Assembly (NCBI GenBank): GCA_965200825.1
Contig: OZ241385.1
Location: forward strand, 1,761,567-1,825,566
Length of the DNA: 64,000 nt
Source of the DNA: Rhodothermales bacterium
GTDB lineage: Bacteria > Bacteroidota > Rhodothermia > Rhodothermales > Bin80
Direction of reading: 5' to 3'
In this document: positions 30,994 to 40,628 of the stretch, in pieces
How the letters are laid out: each line of letters begins with the position of its first letter
How positions within the stretch are numbered: the first letter of the stretch is position 1
Position numbers and translations under genes: made by a program
The notes under the pieces: model-generated
Database searches by the model: none
Told to the model about the DNA's origin: nothing
The model's input: only the letters and a program-made list of their open reading frames with translations

Positions 30994-31558
30994 CAACCAA
31001 GCTTGATGCATTAAGAGTTACTTTACAACCATCATCGGTCAATCGGAGTGATTCAGATGGGGGAGTAACTGACTGTTGTGGACCGCTTGCATAATCCTGC
31101 GCAACAGAATATTCATTGCGAATTTTCTCCTGGATATCCATCAAGGCATGAATCACTGCTTCCGGCCTGGGAGGGCATCCCGGAATATATACATCTACCG
31201 GCATAAAATTATCAATTCCCTGAACCACACCATAGCATCGATGCATGCCACCACTGGATGCACATGCTCCCATAGCAATGCACCACTTTGGATCCGCCAT
31301 TTGATCCCATACACGTCGGATGGCATGCGCCATCTTATAGCTGCACCATCCTGCCACGATCATTAAATCTGCCTGGCGAGGAGAAAAACGCATTGCCTCA
31401 CTGCCGAATCTACCGACATCATACTTGGGGCCACCGAAGGCCATCATTTCAATCGCACAGCAGGCAAGACCCATTGGCATGGGCATCAGTGAATTTGAAC
31501 GCGCCCAGTTGACTACTGCATCTACTGTAGTCGTAAGGTATCCAGTTGTTGAATCCAT
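30986..31558 (-). CDS. nuoB: NADH-quinone oxidoreductase subunit B
   Basis: [28 protein letters not shown], and PGCPPRPEA. Confidence 0.95.
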   Translation of the reverse strand: MDSTTGYLTTTVDAVVNWARSNSLMPMPMGLACCAIEMMAFGGPKYDVGRFGSEAMRFSPRQADLMIVAGWCSYKMAHAIRRVWDQMADPKWCIAMGACASSGGMHRCYGVVQGIDNFMPVDVYIPGCPPRPEAVIHALMDIQEKIRNEYSVAQDYASGPQQSVTPPSESLRLTDDGCKVTLNASSLVDA

Positions 31559-31606
31559 ATCGTAAGAGTTATGCCGATTTTATGAAAAGCAGTACGCTCT
31601 GTTTCC

Positions 31607-31978
31607 CTATTCAAACTCCAGGCCTCCTTTCTTTACATCATACAACAAGCCTACCGCAAGAATCAAAATGAATATTGTGACGGCAACGAGCACTCCCATA
31701 CCAATCCCCGCCTCCAGAAAATGTCTGTGACTGACAGCCCATGGATATAAAAATACCACCTCTACGTCAAATACGATAAAGATCATTGCGACCAGATAGA
31801 ATTTGACAGAAAATCGCTGGTGTGCAGTTCCTATCGGATCCATTCCACTTTCATAAGCGCTGACTTTTACCCGATTCGGCCGCCTAGGGCCAAGCAGTCG
31901 CTGAGCAAGAAGTAACGTCAATGCCAGGCCGGTGGCCATGCCCAACATAATCAACAGTGCAATAAATTCAGCACTCAT
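31607..31978 (-). CDS. nuoA: NADH-quinone oxidoreductase subunit A
   Basis: 123 aa with three TM helices. YESGMDP and FDVEVVFLYPWA motifs. Confidence 0.9.
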   Translation of the reverse strand: MSAEFIALLIMLGMATGLALTLLLAQRLLGPRRPNRVKVSAYESGMDPIGTAHQRFSVKFYLVAMIFIVFDVEVVFLYPWAVSHRHFLEAGIGMGVLVAVTIFILILAVGLLYDVKKGGLEFE

Positions 31979-32375
31979 GAGAAATTGCAGACTTCTGCAG
32001 ATCTGTGAAGGAGGTGCGCTACGCTAAAGATACGCATTCATGAGTTCATCTCACATATGAAGGGGCTCGTTTCAGTCAAACGTTGGAGTCTCTAATCTGA
32101 GAGGGTTGATAGGGCGATTCAATCCTATGGTTATTGGGAAATTCTTGGGGAGTAACCACTCGATATGCTTCCCAGTAAGAGTAATACCAGATGCGAGATG
32201 AAATTGTGAATCTCCAGGCAACGCTGTCCCCGACTCTACGCATAACTCTGCTTTAATGAGTAAATTGCTAGGAAACACATGATATGAGGCTGTTTTTATT
32301 AGATCTAATTCAGATCCCTACTGATTTCTCAACTACTCATATTGATTGCTGCCGGTCTATTTTAGAATATAAGCT

Positions 32376-34406
32376 ATGAATCCTATCCGCGTTTTCATAA
32401 GCAGTGTTCAAAGCGAGTTCATGCATGAACGGAGACTGCTGCGTAATTACCTTCATGGTGATACATTATTGCGGAAATTTTTTGAAGTATTCTTATTTGA
32501 AGATCTTCCAGCAATTGATCAAAGGCCCGACCGTTTATTTTTAGATCAGGTTGAGGAATCAGATATCTATATCGGATTATTTGGCAAAGAATATGGCAAT
32601 GAGGACGACCATGGGGTATCTCCAACCGAGCGAGAATTTGATCACGCGACTATTCACGGAGCACATCGTATGGTATTTCTCAAAGGTATTGATGAGCAAA
32701 TTCGCCATCCGAAGATGCAAAATTTGGTTAATAAGGCACAGTCTGGGCTGATTAGGAAGCGATTCAAAACTCCAGAAGAGCTTAAAGTGGCAATCTATTC
32801 TGCATTAGTAGAATATCTGATTGCAAAGGAAAGGATTCGCACTGTTCCATTTGATGCCGCACATTGCATTAGTGCTGCCCTGGAAGATCTTGACGCTGAC
32901 CGAATAATAACATTCGTTCGTACTGCACGAAGAATCAGACAGTTTCCACTTTCAGACGATGTGTCGCCGGAAAAACTATTGAAGCATTTAGATCTTCTCA
33001 ATGATGGACGACCAACGAATGCGGCAATATTGCTATTCGGTAAATCTCCACAAAAATTTTTGATGTCTTCCGAAATCAAATGTGCACATTTCTACGGGAC
33101 TGAAGTTGAGAAGCCCATTTCTTCTCTTCAAGTGTATCGGGGAACTGTATTTGATTTAGTTGATCAAGCAGTGGATTTTGTGCTGAGTAAAATCAATCGT
33201 TCTATTGGAACACGTTCGGAGTCAGCACGCGCTACACGAACCTTTGAAATTCCCGAAGAAGTTGTGTTTGAAGCAATCGTCAATGCGGTTGCACATCGTG
33301 ATTATACTGACAGCAGCAGTGTTCAGGTGATGTTGTTCTCAGATAGATTAGAGGTTAGAAACTCTGGTAAGCTCCCACCCGAAATTACACTGGAAGATTT
33401 ACGTACTCCCCATAGCTCATATCCACGCAATCCCTTATTGGCACAAGGATTGTACTTGGTTGAATACATTGAGCGAATGGGAACAGGTACTTTGGATATG
33501 ATAAAACGCTGTGTTGATGTTGGATTACCCGAACCAGAGTTCAGTCTACAGGGCGGCTTTGTAACCACTATACGACGATCGCAGACTCGGACCTATACCA
33601 TTACTGCGTCTACTGGTCAACAGCCAGTGACCAATGTAGATATTTTGGTGCTTTATCCCAATGGGACATGGAAACGCACTAAAACTGACAAACACGGTGA
33701 TGCAATCATCAAGTTACATTCGGTTTATTTACCGATGACCGTATATGCCGCCGCCGAGGGGTTCGCTGCGTATTTAATGCACGGTTGGAGACCGGAAGAA
33801 CGACAACTTTCTGTTGAACTCACCCCGCTAAAACATGGTGGCTCAGTGATATTTTGTGAAGGAGGGGGGCAGATTCCTAGGCTCATCGGAAGATTAAACC
33901 CCATTCTAGATACACGCAAACGAACCTATTTATATACATCCAACATTGCCATAAATCATGGACAAATCCAGCCAGTCTCATTCGATTATGGTGAAGAATT
34001 ACACCTTACAGATGCTTCTGGTTTTCAAGTTCAAGTTTGCTTTCTCAACATGATAAGCCAGTCGGCTCTATTACAGTATCAGACTGTTAAGACACACCAA
34101 GAGTCAGATGGCATGAGGCAAGAGTCAGATGGCATGAGGCAAGAGTCAGATGGCATGAGGCAAGAGTCAACAGAGCTACGAATCCTCAGCTCTCTAATGA
34201 ATGGCCCTCTGTCAAGAAAAGAATTGTCGGAAAATTTGGGGCATAAGAAAATATCTGGGCAACTTAATAGACTAATTTCCATGCTAAAAAAGAAAGGGGA
34301 GATCGCATACCTAATTCCAGACAAACCTCAAAGTCGATTACAAAAATATCTTCTTACCGATAAGGGTAAACTACGATACCAAATTTTAGTCAAGAATGGC
34401 GGATAG
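32376..34406 (+). CDS. Multidomain protein: N-terminal DUF4062-like module, RecG-C/HATPase_c_4-like ATPase-fold region, unknown beta-rich region, (QESDGMR)x3 repeat, C-terminal winged-HTH
   Basis: aa 1-105: IRVFISSVQSEF..ERRLLRNYL...DIYIGLFGKEYG, the DUF4062 pattern. aa ~190-400: TNAAILLFGKSPQKF, EAIVNAVAHRDYTDSSSVQVMLFSDRLEVRNSGKLP, RNPLLAQGL..IERMGTGT. This matches the family usually annotated 'putative ATP-dependent DNA helicase RecG C-terminal / divergent AAA'. The C-terminus LSRKELSENLGHKKISGQLNRLISMLKKKGEIAYLIPDKPQSRLQKYLLTDKG is typical of that family's wHTH tail. Confidence 0.7.
   Translation: MNPIRVFISSVQSEFMHERRLLRNYLHGDTLLRKFFEVFLFEDLPAIDQRPDRLFLDQVEESDIYIGLFGKEYGNEDDHGVSPTEREFDHATIHGAHRMVFLKGIDEQIRHPKMQNLVNKAQSGLIRKRFKTPEELKVAIYSALVEYLIAKERIRTVPFDAAHCISAALEDLDADRIITFVRTARRIRQFPLSDDVSPEKLLKHLDLLNDGRPTNAAILLFGKSPQKFLMSSEIKCAHFYGTEVEKPISSLQVYRGTVFDLVDQAVDFVLSKINRSIGTRSESARATRTFEIPEEVVFEAIVNAVAHRDYTDSSSVQVMLFSDRLEVRNSGKLPPEITLEDLRTPHSSYPRNPLLAQGLYLVEYIERMGTGTLDMIKRCVDVGLPEPEFSLQGGFVTTIRRSQTRTYTITASTGQQPVTNVDILVLYPNGTWKRTKTDKHGDAIIKLHSVYLPMTVYAAAEGFAAYLMHGWRPEERQLSVELTPLKHGGSVIFCEGGGQIPRLIGRLNPILDTRKRTYLYTSNIAINHGQIQPVSFDYGEELHLTDASGFQVQVCFLNMISQSALLQYQTVKTHQESDGMRQESDGMRQESDGMRQESTELRILSSLMNGPLSRKELSENLGHKKISGQLNRLISMLKKKGEIAYLIPDKPQSRLQKYLLTDKGKLRYQILVKNGG
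34098..34169 (+). repeat. Perfect in-frame 21-bp tandem repeat (3 full copies plus a 9-bp partial) inside the 32376-34406 CDS
   Basis: caagagtcagatggcatgagg occurs at 34098, 34119 and 34140, then caagagtca follows. It encodes QESDGMR x3 followed by QES. Confidence 0.95.
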
Positions 34407-34726
34407 AGTGTGGCGGTTCAGATCAGATTTTAAGAGTGATAGAAATCTTGGTATAGCTGAGCAACAACCGGCGGGAATACACCGAGAGACTCATCCTTTC
34501 GATTTTCTGAAAGGTGCAATATTTCTCTAAAATTCAAGGGATCTGAGAAAATTTGGAAGCTATCAGAGGCAAATACCTGACCTAAATAGGCTCTGATTTA
34601 ATGAGTCAATCAACTAAGAAAGTTGGCTCTCATACTTCTTGCCCCCTTGTGCTCGAAGAGTCAAAGGAATATATCCATACGGATCATTGACTGTAGTTCA
34701 TTCCACGAATCACTCTTCCCACATAC

Positions 34727-37543
34727 TCAGCGCCAATCCGTAGTGTAGGTCAGGCGCGCCGTTGCAATTCTACCAAGTCTGGGAGATCCGACAAACTCTC
34801 GATGATCACTATTCGCCGCATTATTGATACTCAGATCAGCTCGAAGCGAAGGTGTGAATTTATAACCTACACCCAAGTCAAGGATAAAATAGGAAGGCAA
34901 ATCTCCGTCATAGGGCCCTGAAATCACACGAAATCCCTTAACATGACGCCCTGATGCGTTCACACTGAAGCCGCTTCGATGCTCATACTGCCCTCCTATC
35001 TTGAACTTGAAGCTTGGTGCATTTAAGGAGATCACCTGATCCTCAAGCTCTTCATCCAGTTCAGTATGATCAAAAAAATCATCACTCACCCAAGACATAT
35101 TCCCGAACAGTGACAGTGCACGAGACACAATCACCTGAATCGAAACATCTGCCCCATAGTACTTGAGGTGGCCATAATTAGGATACGACAGCATGATTTC
35201 CGGAAGCTGGCCGATGCCTGGATTGTTTTCATTGGGCTGCACGATCGCAATTGGAGTCGTTGCACCAGGCAATGAACTTCCTGCAATATCTACCAAGAGT
35301 TGGGCAGCCTGCTCTGGGGTGACACGAAAAAGCCCAAGTGCAGCGGCCAGAGTAGTGTTGTTTGTAATTCCTGCAGTAATATCCCGGACAAGATCTTGGG
35401 ACAAGGTGGGCACAAAGACCAATGGGGTGCGCACTTGAAGTGCTCCGACAAAATTTTTCTTTGTCTCGTAGTATGCATCTATCGCAAACAGTATATTTTT
35501 ATTGAAAATTCCCTTATAACCTATCTCAAAGGTTTGCGAAATCGTCGCTTCGAGGGGATCTACATCCTCCACATCTGTCACACCCAAATCTATCTGAAGC
35601 GTACTCAGATTCAGTGCACCTAGAACTCCTGGACTGAATCCCTGCACAACTGTTGATGCGGGGCCTAAAGCTGCCTTGAGTGTAGCGATCAAGGGTAAAG
35701 GCACATTCAAGCCGGCGGTGGCCAGTTGCCTGGCAAGAGCATCATCTGGAATTGCCTCCAGCCCGGCATAAATGAGCCCATAGATCGTTCCGGTACTGAT
35801 TCCCGCAGGCGTGGGGGCTCCCTCTGAGCCCGGAATCAGACTTGATGCAACAAGATCCGTAGTCGCACCCAAATTGAGATAATCGGAGTTCCTGGCATAA
35901 GTAAAACCAGTGGCAGCACCTCGTCCGCGCACATTTATATTACCCGGCAACTTCGCTGCCACCAAGTCTAGCCAATTAGCCGACGCGGACGGAGATGAAA
36001 AACTTCGGTTATACGTCACGCGAAAACTTGATGTTAGCGAGGGCTTCAGAACCATACCAATACGTGGAGATACCTGAAATTCATCGACTACATTATTGTA
36101 ATCTCCCCGCAATGCCAGAGTTAGTTCAATTCGATTCGTGAATCTTGTTGTCGATTGTGCATATAGCCCGTATTCATTAATGTTATCGTTATTTTCGTTA
36201 CGCCCCAGAACAGTTCCCCTTGTGTCTGGACGAGTCAATTTCATATCAGCTCCCAGCGTCAGTGATTGTCGAGAACCAAGCTGTAGATCGTGTTGTGCCT
36301 GCATGGCATACTCTTTCGAATGCTCAATGACTGGATCCCCGCCATACACATAGGAATCACCCGAATTGTTGACATTCATAAATGCCTGTGCAAAAAAACC
36401 GCCGCTGGATAGTCGTGCCTGGGTAAACGAATAACGATAATTATCCCCCTGAATGGTCCCAATTCCGCTCAAAATTGTGCCCGTGAGTTGAGAGGTCCCG
36501 GCATTTAAGGATAATATCGTTCCGGATCCTATTCGAAAATCCAAGTTTCCCGTAACTGTGTATTTATCGTAATCTGTGTCTCGCTGGCCGTCTACGAAAA
36601 TTTGTACTGCATCATCCTCATCAGGGCACTGACTGAATGCCTGCGCCTCCAGAATAGCGGGATCACAGGATTGGAGGGCAAAATCCTCTGCAGCCGCGTA
36701 GGAACCTGTTATTTTAACCCCGACACGTCGGCCCAACACCCCTGCAACTCGGGCCTGCACATTCATATGGGAGTGTTCTCCACCGCTGACAGACACAGTT
36801 GCTCCCGGATGAGAAAATGCATCTTTGGTAATATAGTGGATGACCCCTGAATCGACCCCTGCACCATAGAGCGCGGATCCCGGGCCTCGTACAACCTCTA
36901 CTCGATCCAAATCTACGGAGAGATTTGGCATCAGGCTATTGAGGTTCACATTTATAGAGGGCGAACCTGCATCACGATAATCTGTCAGAATGAGCGTAGC
37001 GCCAGAAAACACATTATTGAATCCCCGCAAGACGACTTCATTCCGATCAATTCCAGTCTGAGCTATATCAAGTCCAGTAACATTTCGCAAAGACATGACA
37101 GCTGAAGGCACGACTATGCTTGACAGATCTTCCGCCAAGATGACATCAATGGAAGCTGGAGCATCCAATACTTTCTCTTGGCGTCTACCGGCCGTAACCT
37201 GCACTTGATCCAGGTCTACGCCACCTACCAACTCTATATCCAAATTATACGTATCGATCTCGGCGAGATCAACTTCTATTTCAGTCGATCTGTAACCGAT
37301 ATAGGACACGCGAATTGTATTTAAGCCTGCAGACAGCCCATCGAGGACATACTCACCCGCCTCATCTGTGGAGGTTCCTTGCCCTGAATTAACGTGAACC
37401 ACATTCGCCCCAAATAATGGGAGGAGAGTTTCCGAATCTGTCACCTTACCTGTGACAGTTATAGACTGGGCAAAGACCCAATGAGGCACTATAATAAGTA
37501 TCGCCAATGAAGCTGTACTAATGAAAAATTCCCTAACGAACAT
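34727..37543 (-). CDS. TonB-dependent receptor with N-terminal CarboxypepD_reg domain
   Basis: Signal peptide, ITVTGKVTDSETLLPLFGANV (CarboxypepD_reg), plug (VEVVRGPGSALYGAGVDSGVIHYITKD), and a long beta-barrel ending LGRIATARLTYTTDWR. Confidence 0.85.
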   Translation of the reverse strand: MFVREFFISTASLAILIIVPHWVFAQSITVTGKVTDSETLLPLFGANVVHVNSGQGTSTDEAGEYVLDGLSAGLNTIRVSYIGYRSTEIEVDLAEIDTYNLDIELVGGVDLDQVQVTAGRRQEKVLDAPASIDVILAEDLSSIVVPSAVMSLRNVTGLDIAQTGIDRNEVVLRGFNNVFSGATLILTDYRDAGSPSINVNLNSLMPNLSVDLDRVEVVRGPGSALYGAGVDSGVIHYITKDAFSHPGATVSVSGGEHSHMNVQARVAGVLGRRVGVKITGSYAAAEDFALQSCDPAILEAQAFSQCPDEDDAVQIFVDGQRDTDYDKYTVTGNLDFRIGSGTILSLNAGTSQLTGTILSGIGTIQGDNYRYSFTQARLSSGGFFAQAFMNVNNSGDSYVYGGDPVIEHSKEYAMQAQHDLQLGSRQSLTLGADMKLTRPDTRGTVLGRNENNDNINEYGLYAQSTTRFTNRIELTLALRGDYNNVVDEFQVSPRIGMVLKPSLTSSFRVTYNRSFSSPSASANWLDLVAAKLPGNINVRGRGAATGFTYARNSDYLNLGATTDLVASSLIPGSEGAPTPAGISTGTIYGLIYAGLEAIPDDALARQLATAGLNVPLPLIATLKAALGPASTVVQGFSPGVLGALNLSTLQIDLGVTDVEDVDPLEATISQTFEIGYKGIFNKNILFAIDAYYETKKNFVGALQVRTPLVFVPTLSQDLVRDITAGITNNTTLAAALGLFRVTPEQAAQLLVDIAGSSLPGATTPIAIVQPNENNPGIGQLPEIMLSYPNYGHLKYYGADVSIQVIVSRALSLFGNMSWVSDDFFDHTELDEELEDQVISLNAPSFKFKIGGQYEHRSGFSVNASGRHVKGFRVISGPYDGDLPSYFILDLGVGYKFTPSLRADLSINNAANSDHREFVGSPRLGRIATARLTYTTDWR

Positions 37544-37713
37544 TTATCTGGATGAATAATGCGATATGTTTTGAATAACGAATATATGTGCAATAGCGTC
37601 CAACTCCATGAATGGAAATTAGTCTCTCCTTAGACGTCTTCTCGCTCACTTGTTTGGACCGTTTATGGAATATAGCCAATACCTGAATGAATTATTAGAG
37701 AACAGAACATTTT

Positions 37714-40497
37714 TCAAGGACCACGATCCGTAACATATGTGAGTCTGAGACTTGCTACACGCCCGAGCCTCGGGGCGCCCACAAACTCACGATGATTGCT
37801 ATCAAAAACATTGCTGACTCCCAGGTCTACTCGAACCCCCACTTGACTGATTGAATAGCCTATACCAAGATCTAACGTCATATAGCTATCAACATTACCT
37901 ACATACTGTCCTGCAATCACAGGAAATCCGTTCGTATAGCGCCCCGACATGGACATCGATATACCATTGTTGCGCTGATACTGCCCTCCCATCTTAAACT
38001 TGAAAGCTGGCGCATTGAGAGCCAATTCTATATCTTCCGTTTCCTCGTTCAGCTCAGTGTTATCAAAATAATCATCACTGATCCAGGATACATTTCCGAA
38101 GAATCTCAACCGACTGTTGACCATTACTTGTGTCGAAATATCTATGCCGAAGTACTGAATCTTTCCAAAATTTGGATAAGTCAACATCAACTCGGGGAAA
38201 ACTCCGACTCCTGGATTGTTCTCGTTTGGTTGTACGATTGCAATAGGGGTGTCGCGGTCAGGAAGATCCCTGCCAGCAAGGTTTACCAATAGTTCCGCTG
38301 CCTGTTCAGGCATTAAACCGAAGAATCTCAGTACATTTGCGATATCCACATTTGCCTCGAGTCCATCCGAGATATCACGGATAAGATCCTGTTCCAGATT
38401 GGGAACAAGGACGAATGGAGTCTTTATCTGAAGTGGGCCGAGAAAATTTTTTCGCTTTTCGAAATATCCGTCAATTGAAAACAAAAATCTTTCCTGTATG
38501 ATTCCCTTATACCCAATTTCCCATGATTGAGTGATTGCAGGCTGAATTGGTGTCAAATCTTGAAGATGATTTAGCTGAGGGTTTAATTCAATCATGAGTG
38601 TACTCAGATTGGGAATTCCCAGAACTCCTGGACTGAACCCCTGAACTACGGTCATCGCAGGATTTAGCGCCTCCTTCAAAATAGACAGGAATTGGACTGG
38701 AATATCCAATCCTGCACTGGCAAGCATTCTTACCAGTTCTGCGTCCGGGATAGCACTCAATCCTTCATAAATCAATTCGTAAATTATCCCGGTATCAATA
38801 CCAACAGGTGTTGGTAATCCTTCCATTCCAGGTAACATACTGGAAGCGACAAGTGATGTAGGGGCTCCCTGATCTACATAGATAGGTTCTCTGCGATAGG
38901 TGAACCCAGATTCTCCACCACGCGCCCGCACCCTAAGTTCCCCAAGGGTTGCTGCCACCAAATTCAGAAAATAATCAGTCGCAAGAGGTGACGATAAACT
39001 GCGATTATAAGTTGCTCGCAAGCTTGACGACAAGGTTGGCTTCAGAACAAAAGCCACCCGAGGTGAGAGCTGAAGATCCGTAATGACATTATTAATATCT
39101 CCTCGAAGTGCCAACGTCAACTCCAGTCTATTCGAAAATTTTGTACTTGATTGTAGGTATGCACCTATTTTGTCGACATGCTCAAACGTCAGATCAACTC
39201 CCGTAATCAATTGCTGCCGAACACCAATCTTCTTCGAGAACTGTGCCTGCACGATATATTCTTCAGAAGCTTCCTCAATGAGACCCCCGCCATATATATA
39301 TGAATCTCTTGAATCAATTGAATTGATGTATGCCTGAACAAAAAATGGACCACTAGTTAACCGAATTTGTGCATAATTGGCGATCATCCCATCGGCCTGA
39401 ACTGTACCGATACTGCTGAGTAGTGTCCCATCCAAGCTACTCAGCCCCCCACTCACAGACAGTGCGATCTGGCGGCTAATTCGCCAGTCCGCACTTCCCG
39501 ACAACACAAACTTGCGTTGACCAGTCTCGCGTGGCCCATCCACAAACAGTTGTATAGCATCCTCTGGATCAGGACACTCGCTAAATCTCTCCGCTTCCAG
39601 TAGGATCTCATCACACTCTACAAGACCAAAGTCCTCTGCTATTGCATAATTGCCAATCAATTTGACACCAAAATTTTCCCCTACTACCGTTGCAAAACGC
39701 CCCTGAATGTTCATTGCTGATCGCTGACCTCCACTGATTGACAGAGTCACTCCCGGATAGTTGAATGGATCCTTGGATATATAGTGTATCACACCCGAAT
39801 CCACTCCTGGACCATAAAGTGCGGACCCCGGACCTCTCACCACTTCAATCCGCTCCGTATCGATTGCCAGATTTGGCATAACATTATGCAAATTCACCCC
39901 AATGGATGCTGCACCTGCTTTCCTGTAATCAGTAAGGATATGAGTAGACCTCGAAAAAACGTTGTTGAATCCTCGAAGAGCGATTTCATAACGATCTACC
40001 CCGGTCTGAACAATATCCAGTCCTGTTATATTGCGAAGTGATCGGGCCGTTGTCGGTGTTACATCCAGTTGAAGGTCTTGAGAAGTTACAATATCAATGG
40101 ATGAGGGCGCATCCAATGCTTTTTCATTACGACGACCGGCAGTTATTTGCACAGGATCCAAGTTTGCCCCTGAAACCAGGGCTATATTCAGCACATACGT
40201 TTCTCCTTCCGTCAGAAATAATTCAAATTCCTGTGCCTCGTATCCAATAAAACTGGCACGCAAGGTGTGCGATCCAGAAACAAGGACAATTTCAAAGTTT
40301 CCATCTGCATCCGTTGAAGTTCCGATTGCTGTCCCGATCGCCAGTACATTCGCCCCAATCAACGGGTTCTCTGTTTCAGAATCTGTGATAATGCCCCTTA
40401 CCGTAGCGGATTGTCCAAGTGCAGTCGCACTGAGAAAACAGAAAAGAATTCCCGCCCACAGCGTTTGACTTGCATGCTCAACTATCCCATATATCAT
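37714..40497 (-). CDS. TonB-dependent receptor, tandem paralog of 34727-37543
   Basis: Same architecture. It aligns end-to-end by eye with the neighbour (VVRGPGSALYG, GVDSGVIHYI, TPIAIVQPNENNPG, HREFVG.PRLGR). Confidence 0.85.
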   Translation of the reverse strand: MIYGIVEHASQTLWAGILFCFLSATALGQSATVRGIITDSETENPLIGANVLAIGTAIGTSTDADGNFEIVLVSGSHTLRASFIGYEAQEFELFLTEGETYVLNIALVSGANLDPVQITAGRRNEKALDAPSSIDIVTSQDLQLDVTPTTARSLRNITGLDIVQTGVDRYEIALRGFNNVFSRSTHILTDYRKAGAASIGVNLHNVMPNLAIDTERIEVVRGPGSALYGPGVDSGVIHYISKDPFNYPGVTLSISGGQRSAMNIQGRFATVVGENFGVKLIGNYAIAEDFGLVECDEILLEAERFSECPDPEDAIQLFVDGPRETGQRKFVLSGSADWRISRQIALSVSGGLSSLDGTLLSSIGTVQADGMIANYAQIRLTSGPFFVQAYINSIDSRDSYIYGGGLIEEASEEYIVQAQFSKKIGVRQQLITGVDLTFEHVDKIGAYLQSSTKFSNRLELTLALRGDINNVITDLQLSPRVAFVLKPTLSSSLRATYNRSLSSPLATDYFLNLVAATLGELRVRARGGESGFTYRREPIYVDQGAPTSLVASSMLPGMEGLPTPVGIDTGIIYELIYEGLSAIPDAELVRMLASAGLDIPVQFLSILKEALNPAMTVVQGFSPGVLGIPNLSTLMIELNPQLNHLQDLTPIQPAITQSWEIGYKGIIQERFLFSIDGYFEKRKNFLGPLQIKTPFVLVPNLEQDLIRDISDGLEANVDIANVLRFFGLMPEQAAELLVNLAGRDLPDRDTPIAIVQPNENNPGVGVFPELMLTYPNFGKIQYFGIDISTQVMVNSRLRFFGNVSWISDDYFDNTELNEETEDIELALNAPAFKFKMGGQYQRNNGISMSMSGRYTNGFPVIAGQYVGNVDSYMTLDLGIGYSISQVGVRVDLGVSNVFDSNHREFVGAPRLGRVASLRLTYVTDRGP

Positions 40498-40628
40498 GAT
40501 ATTAGAGAGGATTGTATAGGATGCTACGCAGTTCTTGGAATCTTAGTGCAGTAGGTGGGTACACGGACACAATAGGCAGGAGTGCAACCCTGTCCATTGC
40601 TTACCATAACGTTACCTATATTAACGCC

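Noticed and set aside
32072-32278. 68-aa minus-strand ORF between nuoA and the DUF4062 gene.
   Set aside because: It has no recognisable family and no obvious ribosome-binding context. It may be a gene remnant, but I cannot support it.
37544-37713. A search for a riboswitch (e.g. a cobalamin B12 box) upstream of each TonB-dependent receptor. The second upstream region, 40498-40628, was also inspected.
   Set aside because: I could find no B12-box-like or other familiar riboswitch core by eye. An Rfam scan would be decisive.
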